Positions 18,567 through 28,872 are shown, counted from the first letter of the stretch. The stretch is DNA of 64,000 nt from Pseudomonadota bacterium (GCA_021845905.1 JAJZVA010000011.1:20682-84681), one strand, 5' to 3'. The notes: generated from the sequence alone by a model not told the origin. Numbers and translations: made by a program.

Positions 18567-19496
18567 ATGCCCAAAGTCCTTCTCATCGCCGAACACGATA
18601 ACGCGAAACTGAAACCCGCGACGCTGAACGCCATGACAGCCGCAAAAAAACTCGGTGACGTCGATATTCTCGTGGCCGGGCAAGGTTGCGCCGCGGTCGC
18701 GGAAGAAGCCGCCAAAATCGACGGCGCCAAAAAAGTTCTCTGCGCGGACGATGCCGCTTACGCGCATTTTCTCGCCGAAAACCTCGCCGCGCTGGTCGCC
18801 AAACTGGGCGCGAATTATGATTACGTCCTTGCCGCTTCCAGCACGACGGGCAAAAACATGCTCCCGCGCGCAAGCGCCCTGCTCGACATGCAGATGATCT
18901 CCGACGTCAGCGGCATTGAAAACGCCGACACGTTCGTGCGTCCTTTCTACGCAGGGAACGCTTTCGCCACAGTGCAATCCAAGGACAAAATCAAAGTCAT
19001 GACCGTCCGCACCACGGCCTTCGATCCCACGCCCGCGACCGGCGGCGCGGCTACGGTTGAAAAAGTCGAAAGCGCTGGCGACAGCGGACTTTCCGGCTTT
19101 GTCGGCCAGCAACTCACCAAATCCGAACGGCCGGAACTCACGGCGGCGCGCGTTGTCGTCTCCGGTGGCCGCGGCATGGGAAGCGGCGACAATTTCAAGC
19201 TGATCGACGCCCTCGCCGACAAGCTGGATGCCGCGGTCGGCGCGTCGCGCGCGGCCGTCGATGCGGGTTTCGTGCCGAACGATTATCAGGTCGGCCAGAC
19301 CGGCAAGGTCGTCGCACCGGAGCTTTACATCGCCGTCGGCATCTCCGGCGCGATCCAGCACCTCGCCGGGATGAAAGATTCCAAAGTCATCGTTGCCATC
19401 AACAAAGACCCTGATGCGCCGATTTTTCAGGTCGCCGATTACGGTCTCGTGCAGGATCTTTTTGTCGCTTTACCGGAATTCACAAAAGCCATCTAA
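18567..19496 (+). CDS. etfA: Electron transfer flavoprotein subunit alpha
   Basis: EtfA-like, with the C-terminal FAD-binding region (VSGGRGMGS...[19 protein letters not shown]). ATG at 18567 is preceded by an AAGGAG SD. Confidence 0.92.
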   Translation: MPKVLLIAEHDNAKLKPATLNAMTAAKKLGDVDILVAGQGCAAVAEEAAKIDGAKKVLCADDAAYAHFLAENLAALVAKLGANYDYVLAASSTTGKNMLPRASALLDMQMISDVSGIENADTFVRPFYAGNAFATVQSKDKIKVMTVRTTAFDPTPATGGAATVEKVESAGDSGLSGFVGQQLTKSERPELTAARVVVSGGRGMGSGDNFKLIDALADKLDAAVGASRAAVDAGFVPNDYQVGQTGKVVAPELYIAVGISGAIQHLAGMKDSKVIVAINKDPDAPIFQVADYGLVQDLFVALPEFTKAI

Positions 19497-19560
19497 AATT
19501 TCACCATTATGTAATAATGGAAGCGGATATGTTTTGCGTCCAATCGGCTTCTATAGCATC

Positions 19561-20202
19561 ATGGATACAGGGGGATTTGGGATAAACGTGAGTAAAGCAT
19601 TCAAAAGACTGCCCGTAGTTCTGGCCGCACTGGTTCTGCTGTCCGTTCCCGCGTCAGCGCGTGCCGGCGGCATCGACCCCGGCGTATTGCAAAAATTCCT
19701 CGGCACGAAACCGGCAGTCGACAACAGCCCTCTCTATCTCACAGACAATGAAGATAAAACCGTCCGGCTCAGCCAGGACGCCGCGAGCGTCATCGTCAAC
19801 AATCCGGCGCATGCCAGCGTCCTGCTCGACTCCCCGCGCCTGCTGATCGTCATGCCGCGCGCGCCGGGCGCAACATCCTTCTCCGTGCTGGACGCAAACG
19901 GAAACACCATCCTGCATAAAGACGTCATCGTCAGCAACGTGCAACGTCAATATGTGCGCATACAACGCGTCTGCGACGGCAGCACGAATTGCACGCCAAC
20001 GTCCTATTATTACTGCCCGAACGGGTGCTATCAGATAACCCCTGTCGCCTCATCCGGAAACAACAACGTCAACGTTCCGCCCCCGCCCGCGGCGCCGTCA
20101 GCTTCCGGCAATGGCGCATCAGGCAATAGCAGCATGCGCGCGCAAGCACAGGACATCATGCATTCCACCGGCCAGCGCGCCAATCCGGGGGTCATTCCAT
20201 GA
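19561..20202 (+). CDS. Exported pilus-assembly N-terminal-domain protein (CpaC-N/T2SS-T3SS_pil_N-like)
   Basis: Signal peptide, then a segment resembling the N-terminal domain of CpaC-type secretins (VRLSQDAASVIVNNPAHASVLLDSPRLLIVMPRAPGATSFSVLDANGN). Cys-rich middle (CDGSTNCTPTSYYYCPNGC). Start is 19561 (ATG) or 19588 (GTG). The stop overlaps the next gene (ATGA). Confidence 0.6.
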   Translation: MDTGGFGINVSKAFKRLPVVLAALVLLSVPASARAGGIDPGVLQKFLGTKPAVDNSPLYLTDNEDKTVRLSQDAASVIVNNPAHASVLLDSPRLLIVMPRAPGATSFSVLDANGNTILHKDVIVSNVQRQYVRIQRVCDGSTNCTPTSYYYCPNGCYQITPVASSGNNNVNVPPPPAAPSASGNGASGNSSMRAQAQDIMHSTGQRANPGVIP

Positions 20203-20990
20203 ACAGGATTATACGCACATCCGCGATTGCTCTTTCATTGACGGCATTGCTCAGCGTCACCGCGTGCAAGCTGAATAACGCCCCGGTCGTCGGCAAGGCG
20301 ATAGACGGCATCGACGGCATGCATGACGAAACCGAAGCAAGGCTCGCCACCTCCGCCCAAAACGCCATCGCCGCGGGAAAGACCCGTCAGGCGCTTGCGC
20401 TTTACACGAAACTTTACCTTGAAAACCATTCGGCGGAGGTGTCGCTCAACTACGCGCAACTCCTTCGCAAAACCGGAAACACCCAAAAAGCGATTTCCAT
20501 TCTCAAGCCCTTCGTTCTTGATGACAAAGGCGCCATTGAGGATAACGCCGCCCCGATCATGCTCAACGAATATGCCGCCGCGAACATAGAACTCGGCCAT
20601 TATCACACGGCCGAAATCGCCCTTGAAAAAGTCCTTAAAAGCAAACAGGCCTTCGGCTTCCATGCCGATGCTTACGATCTGCTGGGCGTCGCGCTGGATG
20701 CGCAAGGATGGCATCAGGAAGCAGAACAGGATTACAAACGCGCGCTCAAGAGCTGGAAAGGCGATCCGACGTCCGTCATGAACAACCTCGGTCTCTGCCT
20801 CGCCGCGCAGGGCATGTTCGACGAATCCCTCACCATCCTGCGCCAGGCGCTCATCAAAGCGCCGCATAACACGGAAATCGCCCGCAACATCGGCATGGTC
20901 AGCAGACTCAGGAAAACTTTTGTTCCGACCGCACCCATCACCATAGCGCCGCCGCCCGCGAAACAGCACAAAGCCGCCGCGAAGAAATAA
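20199..20990 (+). CDS. TPR-repeat lipoprotein, TadD-like
   Basis: Lipobox (LLSVTAC) plus several TPR-like repeats. Positioned next to tadC, as in Tad loci. Confidence 0.6.
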   Translation: MNRIIRTSAIALSLTALLSVTACKLNNAPVVGKAIDGIDGMHDETEARLATSAQNAIAAGKTRQALALYTKLYLENHSAEVSLNYAQLLRKTGNTQKAISILKPFVLDDKGAIEDNAAPIMLNEYAAANIELGHYHTAEIALEKVLKSKQAFGFHADAYDLLGVALDAQGWHQEAEQDYKRALKSWKGDPTSVMNNLGLCLAAQGMFDESLTILRQALIKAPHNTEIARNIGMVSRLRKTFVPTAPITIAPPPAKQHKAAAKK

Positions 20991-21011
20991 AGAAATCCCA
21001 CAAACGGAAGA

Positions 21012-21977
21012 TTACAAGTGCCCCGGCATACTGAGAAATGCCGGCCCCAGAATGATGATAAACAACGGCGGCAGAAAGCACAAAATCATAGGCACTGTCA
21101 GTTTGGGCGGCAAAGACGCCGCTTTTTGCTCCGCCGCCGCCATGCGCGCCTCGCGCGATTCATCCGACAATACGCGTATGGCTTTGGAAACGGATGTTCC
21201 GTATTGTTCGGCTTGCAGCATCGCCGTTGCAAAAGAACGCGCCGGCCCGCTGCCGACGCGCGCCGCGAACCCTTGAAAAGCCGCCTTGCGGTCGTTCAGC
21301 ATACCAAGCTCGGCGCTCAAAATACCAAGTTCCTCGGCCAGGGTTTCCGAATGCTCCGCGATGGTTGAACCGATGCGGCTGATGGCCGCCTCCACGCCGA
21401 TCCCGCCTTGCACGCAAATCAGCAACATGTCGAGCGCGTCCGGAAACGACAGGGAAATTTCCTGCTGACGCTTGTCGGCTATATTTTTAATCAGGATGCG
21501 CGGCAACATAAAACCCGAAAACGCCGAACTCAGCAGAATGAATATTTTCGCGTGCTGTGAAATCTCCTTGTGCGACAAGGCCATGAACAATATGCTCAAA
21601 AGCACAAAAACAAACGGTAGCGCTATGCGGGATGCGAGATAGATCAGCGGCGCCGTTGTGCTGCGAATGCCCGCCTGAAGCATCTGCGTGCGCGCCTTGA
21701 TGCTGGCCGCGCCCGCCAGCGCCTGCAACTTATAAAGGGCGGCTATTGACTGCGCCGCCGATCTTTCCTGCGTCTTAACCGGCCCTTTTGCCGCAACCTG
21801 CTCGCGCGCCTGATCAAACAGCGCTTTTCTCTTTTTTTCAATGACGTCCTTATAACGCTCTTTTTTCTCCGAACGCACAACCATCGGCAACGCAAAGGCG
21901 ATGAACGACGCGGCGGCGGCGATCGCGCTGATCAACACGATATAAAAGCTGGAATCAAGATGCGTCAGCGCTTCCAT
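21012..21977 (-). CDS. tadC: Tad pilus inner-membrane platform protein TadC (T2SS F family)
   Basis: 321-aa polytopic protein with a GspF-like domain (FPDALDMLLICVQGGIGVEAAI). Follows tadB. Confidence 0.85.
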   Translation of the reverse strand: MEALTHLDSSFYIVLISAIAAAASFIAFALPMVVRSEKKERYKDVIEKKRKALFDQAREQVAAKGPVKTQERSAAQSIAALYKLQALAGAASIKARTQMLQAGIRSTTAPLIYLASRIALPFVFVLLSILFMALSHKEISQHAKIFILLSSAFSGFMLPRILIKNIADKRQQEISLSFPDALDMLLICVQGGIGVEAAISRIGSTIAEHSETLAEELGILSAELGMLNDRKAAFQGFAARVGSGPARSFATAMLQAEQYGTSVSKAIRVLSDESREARMAAAEQKAASLPPKLTVPMILCFLPPLFIIILGPAFLSMPGHL

Positions 21978-21980
21978 TTT

Positions 21981-22955
21981 CTAAATCCTGAAATTGATCA
22001 TCTGCCGCATGACCAGAACGCCGATGCCCATCCAGACGACGCAAATCCCCAGCAGAACTTTTCCCGTCGGGTTGGTGAAGAGAATGCCGATATATTCCGG
22101 CCGCGCCCAATAAAGGCCCAGAATAACGACGACCGGCAACGCGCCGATGATCGCCGCGGACGACTTCGCCTCCGACGACAACGCCTGAACCTTGCGCCGC
22201 AACCTGAAACGGGCGCGGATCACGTTGGAGAGGTTGTAAAGGACTTCGCTCAAGGAGCTACCCGTTTCGCTCTGAATCTGCAATGCCGTGGCGAACATTT
22301 GCACCTCTGCGAGAGGAATGCGCCGCGCGGTCATCAAGGTCGCCTCGCCGATCGGCACGCCTATTTTCTGGTTCTCGTAAATACGCAGCATTTCTTCCTT
22401 CAACGGCCCCTGAAACTCGCGCGAAGTCATGGCAATCGCTTCCGACATCGGCATGCCTGCCTGCAACAGGCGTCCCATGGCGTCCAGCGCGTCAGGAAAC
22501 TCCTTGAGGAATTTTTTCTGTCTGCGCTTGCGCTTCCATTTGAGGAACATTTTAGGCACGCCCAGAAACGCGAAAATAGCGCAGAAGAAGCGCCCTGCCG
22601 CCGGCCATTGGGTCAACAGCGACAGCAACACCCAGACCACCACCGTGAATACGGCGGAAAACGTCCAGTAGCGCGACAACGGCGCCTCTATTCCGGCCTG
22701 CTGCATCAATTCACGTATGGTTGTCCGGTCTTTTTTCTTTTCCTGCTGTTCGCCGCCTGCTTCCTTGAGCTTGCGGGCGATATCGGCGCGCTGACGCGCA
22801 AGATCCTTATTGCCTTCATTTTCCTTATGCGTGCCGCGAGTAATGACCGAAAAAACGCGCGCGCGGCGTTGTTGCCGCTGATTCATGAAAACTGCCAGAG
22901 CCACGGTGCACATGAGCAGGACAACGACAAGGATGATGACAAGCGTGAGATTCAT
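21981..22955 (-). CDS. tadB: Tad pilus inner-membrane platform protein TadB (T2SS F family)
   Basis: GspF-like domain (FPDALDAMGRLLQAGMPMSEAI). ATG at 22955 lies 1 nt after the cpaF stop. The longer ORF up to 23162 overlaps cpaF and is not credible. Confidence 0.85.
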   Translation of the reverse strand: MNLTLVIILVVVLLMCTVALAVFMNQRQQRRARVFSVITRGTHKENEGNKDLARQRADIARKLKEAGGEQQEKKKDRTTIRELMQQAGIEAPLSRYWTFSAVFTVVVWVLLSLLTQWPAAGRFFCAIFAFLGVPKMFLKWKRKRRQKKFLKEFPDALDAMGRLLQAGMPMSEAIAMTSREFQGPLKEEMLRIYENQKIGVPIGEATLMTARRIPLAEVQMFATALQIQSETGSSLSEVLYNLSNVIRARFRLRRKVQALSSEAKSSAAIIGALPVVVILGLYWARPEYIGILFTNPTGKVLLGICVVWMGIGVLVMRQMINFRI

Positions 22956-22956
22956 G

Positions 22957-24471
22957 TTAGCCGCCGTATGCCTCCCCCATCGCGTCAAGAAGGCGTTTCT
23001 CCAACCCGTACTGCCGCGCGCGTTCATAAAGAATGGGGCGCAGACCGGTGGATTTCTGCTTGCCGATGATGCGTCCGTATTCGTCCTCGCCTTCATATTC
23101 GAAGCGGAACAGATCCTGCATGGTGACGACCTCGCCTTCCATGCCCGTGATTTCGGTGACATGCGTCACTTTGCGCGATCCGTCTCGAAGGCGCTGCACC
23201 TGAATGATGACGTTGACGGCGGAGGCGATCTGCTCGCGTACGGCGGCAGACGGCAAATTGAGCCCGCCCATGGCGATCATGTTTTCCACGCGGGTCAGCG
23301 CCTCGCGCGGATTGTTGGCGTGAATAGTGCCCATCGAGCCGTCGTGGCCTGTATTCATCGCCTGTAACAAATCGAACGCTTCAGGCCCGCGCACTTCACC
23401 AACGATGATGCGATCAGGGCGCATACGCAGGCAGTTCTTGATCAGGTCGCGCATTTTGACTTCGCCCACGCCTTCAAGGTTAGGCGGCCGGGTTTCAAGA
23501 CGCACGACGTGCGGCTGCTGAAGCTGCAGTTCGCAGGCATCCTCGCAGGTGATGACCCGTTCGCCCTGACTCATGTAGCGCGTCACGCAGTTCAGCATCG
23601 TCGTTTTTCCCGAGCCCGTGCCGCCGGAAATCAGCACGTTGGCGCGGCAGGCGCCGATAATCTTGATCATCTCCGCGCAGGCAGGCGTCATGGCGTTGAA
23701 TTCGAGCAATTTGTCGAGCGTCAGTTTCTCTTTTGTAAACTTGCGAATGGTCATTGTGCAACCGTCGACCGCCAACGGCGGAATGATGACGTTGACGCGC
23801 GATCCGTCGGGCAAACGCGCATCGCAAATCGGGCTTGATTCATCGACGCGGCGGCCGATCACGCCGACGACGCGCTGGCAGATGGTCAACAAATGCTGAT
23901 TGTCGCGGAACTCGATCGGCGAGCGCTGGATTTTTCCCTTCAATTCGATATAGACCGTCTTCGGCCCGTTGATCATGATGTCGGCAATGCCGTCCTGCGC
24001 GAGCAATTCCTCCAGCGGCCCGAAACCGAGCATATCATCCGCCGCTTCCTTGGCGATCTGCGCAAGTTCGGCGGGCGTGACGTCCAGACCGCGAAACTGG
24101 CCGATTTCCTGCACGGCCGAAAGAATTTCCGCGCGCGCCGCTTCCGCATCCATCCGCGCCAGAGATTTAAGATCGATGCCGTCGCGCAAATCCGTCCAAA
24201 TTCTTTTGCGCGCCCGGTCCATGCGTGGATTGGGAGGCGGTGCGGAATGCGTATGCTGCGTCGGAGCGGATTCCGGTTTTGGCTTAGGCGACGGCGCTTC
24301 GGGGGCGGCAACAGGCGCGGCGTTTTCCGCTGCCGGTGCAGGAGAAGAGGCACTCTCAGCAGATTTTTGCGTTGTTTCAGAAGGCGCGGCAACATCCGGC
24401 GCAGTCGGCTGCGCAACCGGTCTGGCGGGTTGTTGCGCATTTTGTGGTGTGTCTGGACGCTTACCGAACAT
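22957..24471 (-). CDS. cpaF: Tad pilus secretion ATPase CpaF/TadA
   Basis: 504 aa. Walker A ([14 protein letters not shown]) and a VirB11/GspE-like core. N-terminal ~85-aa Pro/Ala-rich extension. Confidence 0.92.
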   Translation of the reverse strand: MFGKRPDTPQNAQQPARPVAQPTAPDVAAPSETTQKSAESASSPAPAAENAAPVAAPEAPSPKPKPESAPTQHTHSAPPPNPRMDRARKRIWTDLRDGIDLKSLARMDAEAARAEILSAVQEIGQFRGLDVTPAELAQIAKEAADDMLGFGPLEELLAQDGIADIMINGPKTVYIELKGKIQRSPIEFRDNQHLLTICQRVVGVIGRRVDESSPICDARLPDGSRVNVIIPPLAVDGCTMTIRKFTKEKLTLDKLLEFNAMTPACAEMIKIIGACRANVLISGGTGSGKTTMLNCVTRYMSQGERVITCEDACELQLQQPHVVRLETRPPNLEGVGEVKMRDLIKNCLRMRPDRIIVGEVRGPEAFDLLQAMNTGHDGSMGTIHANNPREALTRVENMIAMGGLNLPSAAVREQIASAVNVIIQVQRLRDGSRKVTHVTEITGMEGEVVTMQDLFRFEYEGEDEYGRIIGKQKSTGLRPILYERARQYGLEKRLLDAMGEAYGG

Positions 24472-24483
24472 CAGCAGCTCCCG

Positions 24484-25710
24484 CTATTTGCCGAGTATTT
24501 TTTTTAGAAATCCCGCAGGGCCGTCCTTGTTTTCCGTCGCTACGGTCTTGTTTTCCACCCCCGCGCCCTTGGCCGCGATCTGCATCAACGCGCTCATGAT
24601 ATCCACCGCGGCTTTATCCTGGCCCACTGGCTTTCCGGATGTCTCGCTGGCGGCAAAGATTTTAGGCTGATAACCGATCACTGCCGCGGGCTCGATGCCG
24701 AGCACTTCTTTCATGTCCTTGACGGGAACTTCTTCCGAAGGCGCCATGCCCTGCATGTTGACGATCAGGCTTGCGCTTTCCGTGTGGGTTTTTAATGTTT
24801 TTATTTCATTGAGCAACGTGCGCGCGTTTCTGAGCGACGAAAGCAACGGCGTCGTCACGAGAACGATTTCCGTTGCGCGCGACAGCATGCGCTTCTGCAC
24901 GGGTTGCGACGCATGCGACAAATCGAGAACCACCACAGGGAATTTTTGCATCAGGCGGTTGACAAGCGTCTCGACAGCGTCCGGATCCGCCTGATCCGCC
25001 AGCATCAGTTCACCGCCGCATACCAGCAGGGTCAGATGTTCTGTCACCGCTTGGCAAATGCGTTTGACGTCGTCGTCGGAACCCGCGCCGCCCAGCCTGA
25101 TCGCCTCGGCAAAGGAGGCCGTCGGCTCAAGACCGTGCGATATGCCGATGCTTCCCGCGCTGCCCGCGACATCCAGCAACATTGTTTTTTGCTTCAGCGC
25201 TTCCGCCATGTTCCATGCAAGAATCTGTGATATGGCGGATGTACCGACGCCTCCCTTGCTGCCGATCACCGTGACAAGGCGGCTGCCGGACAATCCGCGC
25301 TTTTCCACCAGCGTGCGGGCAATGACCTTGACGAGATCGTCTTCCGAAACCGGCCTGACCAGATAATCCTTGATGCCCATTTCCACAAGGTTGCGATAGA
25401 GATGCACATCGTTCTCGGGGCCGATCACGACAGCGTCCGTCGAGGACGCGCATACGCCCGCGAGATTTCCGAGCTGCGCGATGAAAGCTTCGCTGATATC
25501 GTTCGTTTCGATGATGATCAGCTCAGGCGACGCAGATTCTCCATAACGGGCGATCGCGGCGCCGATGTCCGCGCGTTCCGTCTGCATGATCACGCGCGCG
25601 AAGCGCCAGTCCTCTGACAGGTGCTTCGCATGCGCTTCCGTGGCGTCGTCGAGTATGAAGAAATCGACCAGCGCCGTCGGCAAAAGTGTTGATGTGATAT
25701 CTTCGCTCAT
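24484..25710 (-). CDS. cpaE: Pilus assembly protein CpaE/TadZ (REC-like N-domain + MinD/ParA-type ATPase)
   Basis: 408 aa with a deviant Walker A (GSKGGVGTSAIS) in a MinD-like domain. Gene position matches cpaE. Confidence 0.85.
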   Translation of the reverse strand: MSEDITSTLLPTALVDFFILDDATEAHAKHLSEDWRFARVIMQTERADIGAAIARYGESASPELIIIETNDISEAFIAQLGNLAGVCASSTDAVVIGPENDVHLYRNLVEMGIKDYLVRPVSEDDLVKVIARTLVEKRGLSGSRLVTVIGSKGGVGTSAISQILAWNMAEALKQKTMLLDVAGSAGSIGISHGLEPTASFAEAIRLGGAGSDDDVKRICQAVTEHLTLLVCGGELMLADQADPDAVETLVNRLMQKFPVVVLDLSHASQPVQKRMLSRATEIVLVTTPLLSSLRNARTLLNEIKTLKTHTESASLIVNMQGMAPSEEVPVKDMKEVLGIEPAAVIGYQPKIFAASETSGKPVGQDKAAVDIMSALMQIAAKGAGVENKTVATENKDGPAGFLKKILGK

Positions 25711-25715
25711 GCTTC

Positions 25716-26357
25716 TTATCCGCCTATATTGCTCGCCTGATACCCTTGAAGCGGCTTGTTCGGCGTGCCTTTCATGTAGTTGTCGATGATGGCGCCGTTC
25801 CGCCGCGAATTAAATTGCGTGCGCGGCGCCTGCCCCAGAAGATCCGCTGGATTTGCGATTTCCCTGCCCAGTTCGATCTGCGTCGCGCAACCATACTGAT
25901 AGGTTTCCGCATCCTTGAGGTTTGTCGCGCCTTCGTGGCCCGGCATTTGCGTGCAGGAGGCGGACGGAAGCGCGACAAGACCGTGATAGGACAAGACAGC
26001 ATCACGCGTATCCCGCAGGTCATCGACGATAACGGGTGCAACTGAAAAATGCGTGACTCCCCGCGCCGCGAAAGCACGCCTGTAAGCCGCTCCCATTTTG
26101 ACCGCTGTGGCGTAGCGGCCGTGCATGTAGGGCATGGTGAGAGAGACCTCAGGATTGCCGTTCTGCAATATACTCTCGGAGAGCACGGCAACACTGTTCT
26201 CATCAAGCTGCTGCGCGTCTATCGTTTTCGTAATGACTTGACGTCTCACGCGCATCTCCGCCGTATTGACCCGCGATGGAATCACAGGATCGCAAGCCGA
26301 TGCCATAAGCACGAGACCCAACGCTCCCGCTAGAAAAATCAATCTGTTCGCGCGCAT
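25716..26357 (-). CDS. cpaD: Pilus assembly lipoprotein CpaD
   Basis: Lipobox (LVLMASAC) and a CpaD-like C-terminal motif (YGCATQIELGREIANPADLLG). Located between cpaC and cpaE. Confidence 0.75.
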   Translation of the reverse strand: MRANRLIFLAGALGLVLMASACDPVIPSRVNTAEMRVRRQVITKTIDAQQLDENSVAVLSESILQNGNPEVSLTMPYMHGRYATAVKMGAAYRRAFAARGVTHFSVAPVIVDDLRDTRDAVLSYHGLVALPSASCTQMPGHEGATNLKDAETYQYGCATQIELGREIANPADLLGQAPRTQFNSRRNGAIIDNYMKGTPNKPLQGYQASNIGG

Positions 26358-26375
26358 ACCCGTATCCCCTTTTCC

Positions 26376-27866
26376 CTACTCTACAATATATCCAAAACCG
26401 GCGCCCGTGCCAACTTTCTGCATGGCGCGTCCCCCATATATTTTCCGCATGTTATTGACGAAACTTTGCGTCAGAGGCGTGACGCCATTGTCGCTGATGG
26501 CAGTCTCTTTTACAGCGGCGACCGGCACAGCCTCCGCCTTAAGGCTCTCGGCGGTCTTCTTCGAGATGGTCAGCGGCACACCGTGCGGAACAGGTCCCGC
26601 GGATCCCGGCAACAGCGGCGGCGCCGGTGGAGAAACGGCCACGGCCGCGCCCTGCGCATAAGGCTTCACCAGATAAGGCGTGACAATAATCACAAGTTCC
26701 GACTCGTTGCGCGAGAAAGACTTGGATTTGAACAACTGGCCGATAATAGGCAAGTCTTCCACGCCCGGCAGGCCGTTTAGCGCATGCAACGTGTCGGACT
26801 TGAGCAGGCCGGCAATCATCAGCGAGCTGCCGCTCCCCAGCTCCACCGTCGTTTCGGCGCGGCGCACCGAAAGGCCGGGCACGGTGATGCCCTGCAGCGT
26901 AACGGCATTCGAATTGTCCTTATCGGAAACCTCCGTCGACAATTCCAGCGCAATGCGGCCCGCACTCAAGACGGTCGGCGTGAAATTGAGCGAGACGCCG
27001 AACTGCTTGAAGGTCAGAACGACGTTGCCTTGCGCGTCCTTGCTCGTCGGCACGGGGAACTCGCCGCCGGCGAGGAAGCCCGCCGTCTCGCCGGAGATCG
27101 CCGTCAAATTCGGCTCGGCCAGCGTATTGACGAGGCCGTGGCTTTCAAGGCCGCTGATGTTGGTCACGAAATTGGCCAACCCGTTGCCCGTAATGAGGGA
27201 GCCTGTGGCGAAAGGCGTCGATCCGGAAACACGGCCGACATCGTTGCCCGTCATCTTTATATCTCCACCTCCTTGCCAGCCCGTCTGGACGCCGTATTCC
27301 TTCAGCACGCTGCGGTCGGCTTCCAGCACCTTGACCTTCAGCATCACCTGCTCCTCGCCACCGACTTTCATCAGGTCAACCAGCGTCTGGCTCGAACTGG
27401 TCAGAAAACGCGACGCCAGATCGCGAACGCGGTTGGCGACTTCGGGAGAAGAAACGATGCCGCTCAGGACGATATTGCTCTGCACTGTCTGGGCGTGAAC
27501 TTTCTCATTGGGGAAGAACTCGCGCAAGGCGTCCTGAAGGCTTTTATCGTCAAGCCGCACGTGAACGGTGATATTGGCGAGCTGATTGCCGTTATCGTCA
27601 TAAACCAGAACGTTCGTATCGCCGACCTTTTTGCCAACGATGTAGATCCGGTTGGCGCGGAGCGTCCCGACGTCGGCGACGGAAGGATCAGCCACGAGAA
27701 TATCGGAAACGTTGCCGCGCAAGCCAACCGTGCTCGCCTTGCCTGCAATCAATCGCACGGTTTTGTTGTAGCTTGGCGCGCTCTGTGCCGTGTCGGAGAC
27801 GGAAAGACCCGCCGCCACCAACATCAGGATCAACAAACCTTTCAGAAAAAATCTTTTCATGGTCAC
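26376..27866 (-). CDS. cpaC: Tad pilus secretin CpaC/RcpA
   Basis: 496 aa. Signal peptide, pilus N-terminal domain (VRLIAGKASTVGL...VADPSVADV), BON-like segment, and a secretin C-domain (LNGLPGVEDLPIIGQLFKS...ELVIIVTPYLV). Confidence 0.9.
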   Translation of the reverse strand: MTMKRFFLKGLLILMLVAAGLSVSDTAQSAPSYNKTVRLIAGKASTVGLRGNVSDILVADPSVADVGTLRANRIYIVGKKVGDTNVLVYDDNGNQLANITVHVRLDDKSLQDALREFFPNEKVHAQTVQSNIVLSGIVSSPEVANRVRDLASRFLTSSSQTLVDLMKVGGEEQVMLKVKVLEADRSVLKEYGVQTGWQGGGDIKMTGNDVGRVSGSTPFATGSLITGNGLANFVTNISGLESHGLVNTLAEPNLTAISGETAGFLAGGEFPVPTSKDAQGNVVLTFKQFGVSLNFTPTVLSAGRIALELSTEVSDKDNSNAVTLQGITVPGLSVRRAETTVELGSGSSLMIAGLLKSDTLHALNGLPGVEDLPIIGQLFKSKSFSRNESELVIIVTPYLVKPYAQGAAVAVSPPAPPLLPGSAGPVPHGVPLTISKKTAESLKAEAVPVAAVKETAISDNGVTPLTQSFVNNMRKIYGGRAMQKVGTGAGFGYIVE

Positions 27867-28093
27867 TACTCCGCTACTCGACTTTCAAACGCTTCGCATT
27901 GAGAGAAAACTTCAGTAATATTTTCTATCTCTCTATCAAGAAGCGTTTTATTCAGTTCTTTTCTTTTATTTTTTGAATCCACAAATATTCCCCACATGAG
28001 CGATAGCCCATGTGTTCATACTGACACATAAATTTGATTTGCAACAGGAAAAATCTAATGTTCTTAATGAATTATTTTAGTTAGTTAAATTAA

Positions 28094-28597
28094 TTAATGA
28101 AGTGTTAATACTGTATGAAAAAAAACGACCCAAGCGCCGAAGCTTATGGCAACGCCATATGGAATCGCATCTCTTCCAGCCTGCACCTCTCCAATCCAGC
28201 CGCCGGGGCGCGGATGACGAAACGGTTTCTTTTTCCGGATGATAAGCGTAAGAACGCCAAGCACGCCGCCGACAATGGACATAGAAAAGATAAACGGGAT
28301 CATGCCGCGTAGCCCGATCCATAACGAGAGTGCCGTCGCGAGCTTGACATCGCCTCCTCCCATCATGCCCTTGTAGAACATGGCATAGGTCACGATGAAC
28401 ACAATGAAGAACGCCGCGACATGCTGCCACAAGGGCGCAAAGACAGATGGCATCGCAATCCACGCGGGCACAAAGCATAACAAAATCGCCAGTGAATAGG
28501 CATTGGGTATGCTGAGCGACCTGATGTCCGACAGGCAGCTCAACAGCGTGATGACAAGAACCGTTCCAACCATGACAGACGCGATAACGGCCATCAT
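28094..28597 (-). CDS. cpaA: Prepilin peptidase CpaA (A24 family)
   Basis: Polytopic membrane protein with A24-like Asp motifs (LSDIRSLSIPN; GMMGGGDVKL). ATG at 28597 is preceded by a GAGGAG SD. The track's TTG at 28609 is less likely. Confidence 0.85.
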   Translation of the reverse strand: MMAVIASVMVGTVLVITLLSCLSDIRSLSIPNAYSLAILLCFVPAWIAMPSVFAPLWQHVAAFFIVFIVTYAMFYKGMMGGGDVKLATALSLWIGLRGMIPFIFSMSIVGGVLGVLTLIIRKKKPFRHPRPGGWIGEVQAGRDAIPYGVAISFGAWVVFFHTVLTLH

Positions 28598-28607
28598 ATC
28601 TCTCCTC

Positions 28608-28643
28608 AAAAAAAGAAACCCGCCCTTTTGAAGGGCGGATTTC
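28608..28643 (-). terminator. Rho-independent terminator/attenuator between flp and cpaA
   Basis: On the minus strand, the GC core CCGCCC/GGGCGG is extended by AAA/TTT, has a 7-nt loop, and is followed by a T7 run (A-run 28608-28614 on the plus strand). The cpaA SD follows immediately. Confidence 0.7.
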
Positions 28644-28668
28644 TTTGTGTAAGCAACAGTACCAGGTA

Positions 28669-28872
28669 TTAGGCCGGCGCAGCAGATGTCGCCGCGGACG
28701 AAATCTTGAGGCCGATATTGGAAAACAGCGACACAAGGTCCGTACCGACGACGAACACGATCGCACTAATGGCAACCGCGATACCCGCAGCAATAAGACC
28801 GTATTCAATAGCTGTCGCGCCCTTTTCGCAGCGCATGAAAGCTTCCTTCTTGGCAAATAAATTCAAAAGCAT
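28669..28872 (-). CDS. flp: Flp-family type IVb pilin
   Basis: 67 aa with the Flp motif G/ATAIEYGLIAAGIAVAI and a Ser/Thr/Ala-rich C-terminus. ATG at 28872 is preceded by a GGAGGG SD. Confidence 0.9.
   Translation of the reverse strand: MLLNLFAKKEAFMRCEKGATAIEYGLIAAGIAVAISAIVFVVGTDLVSLFSNIGLKISSAATSAAPA

Noticed and set aside
19504-19520. 7-bp inverted repeat CCATTAT-GTA-ATAATGG just after etfA
   Set aside because: A short AT-rich hairpin without a T-tract. It is too weak to call a terminator or an operator without further evidence.
28077-28856. 259-aa minus-strand ORF overlapping cpaA and flp
   Set aside because: It is an alternative frame of two genes with clear prepilin-peptidase and Flp-pilin signatures. 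It is Arg/Cys-rich and crosses the terminator hairpin.
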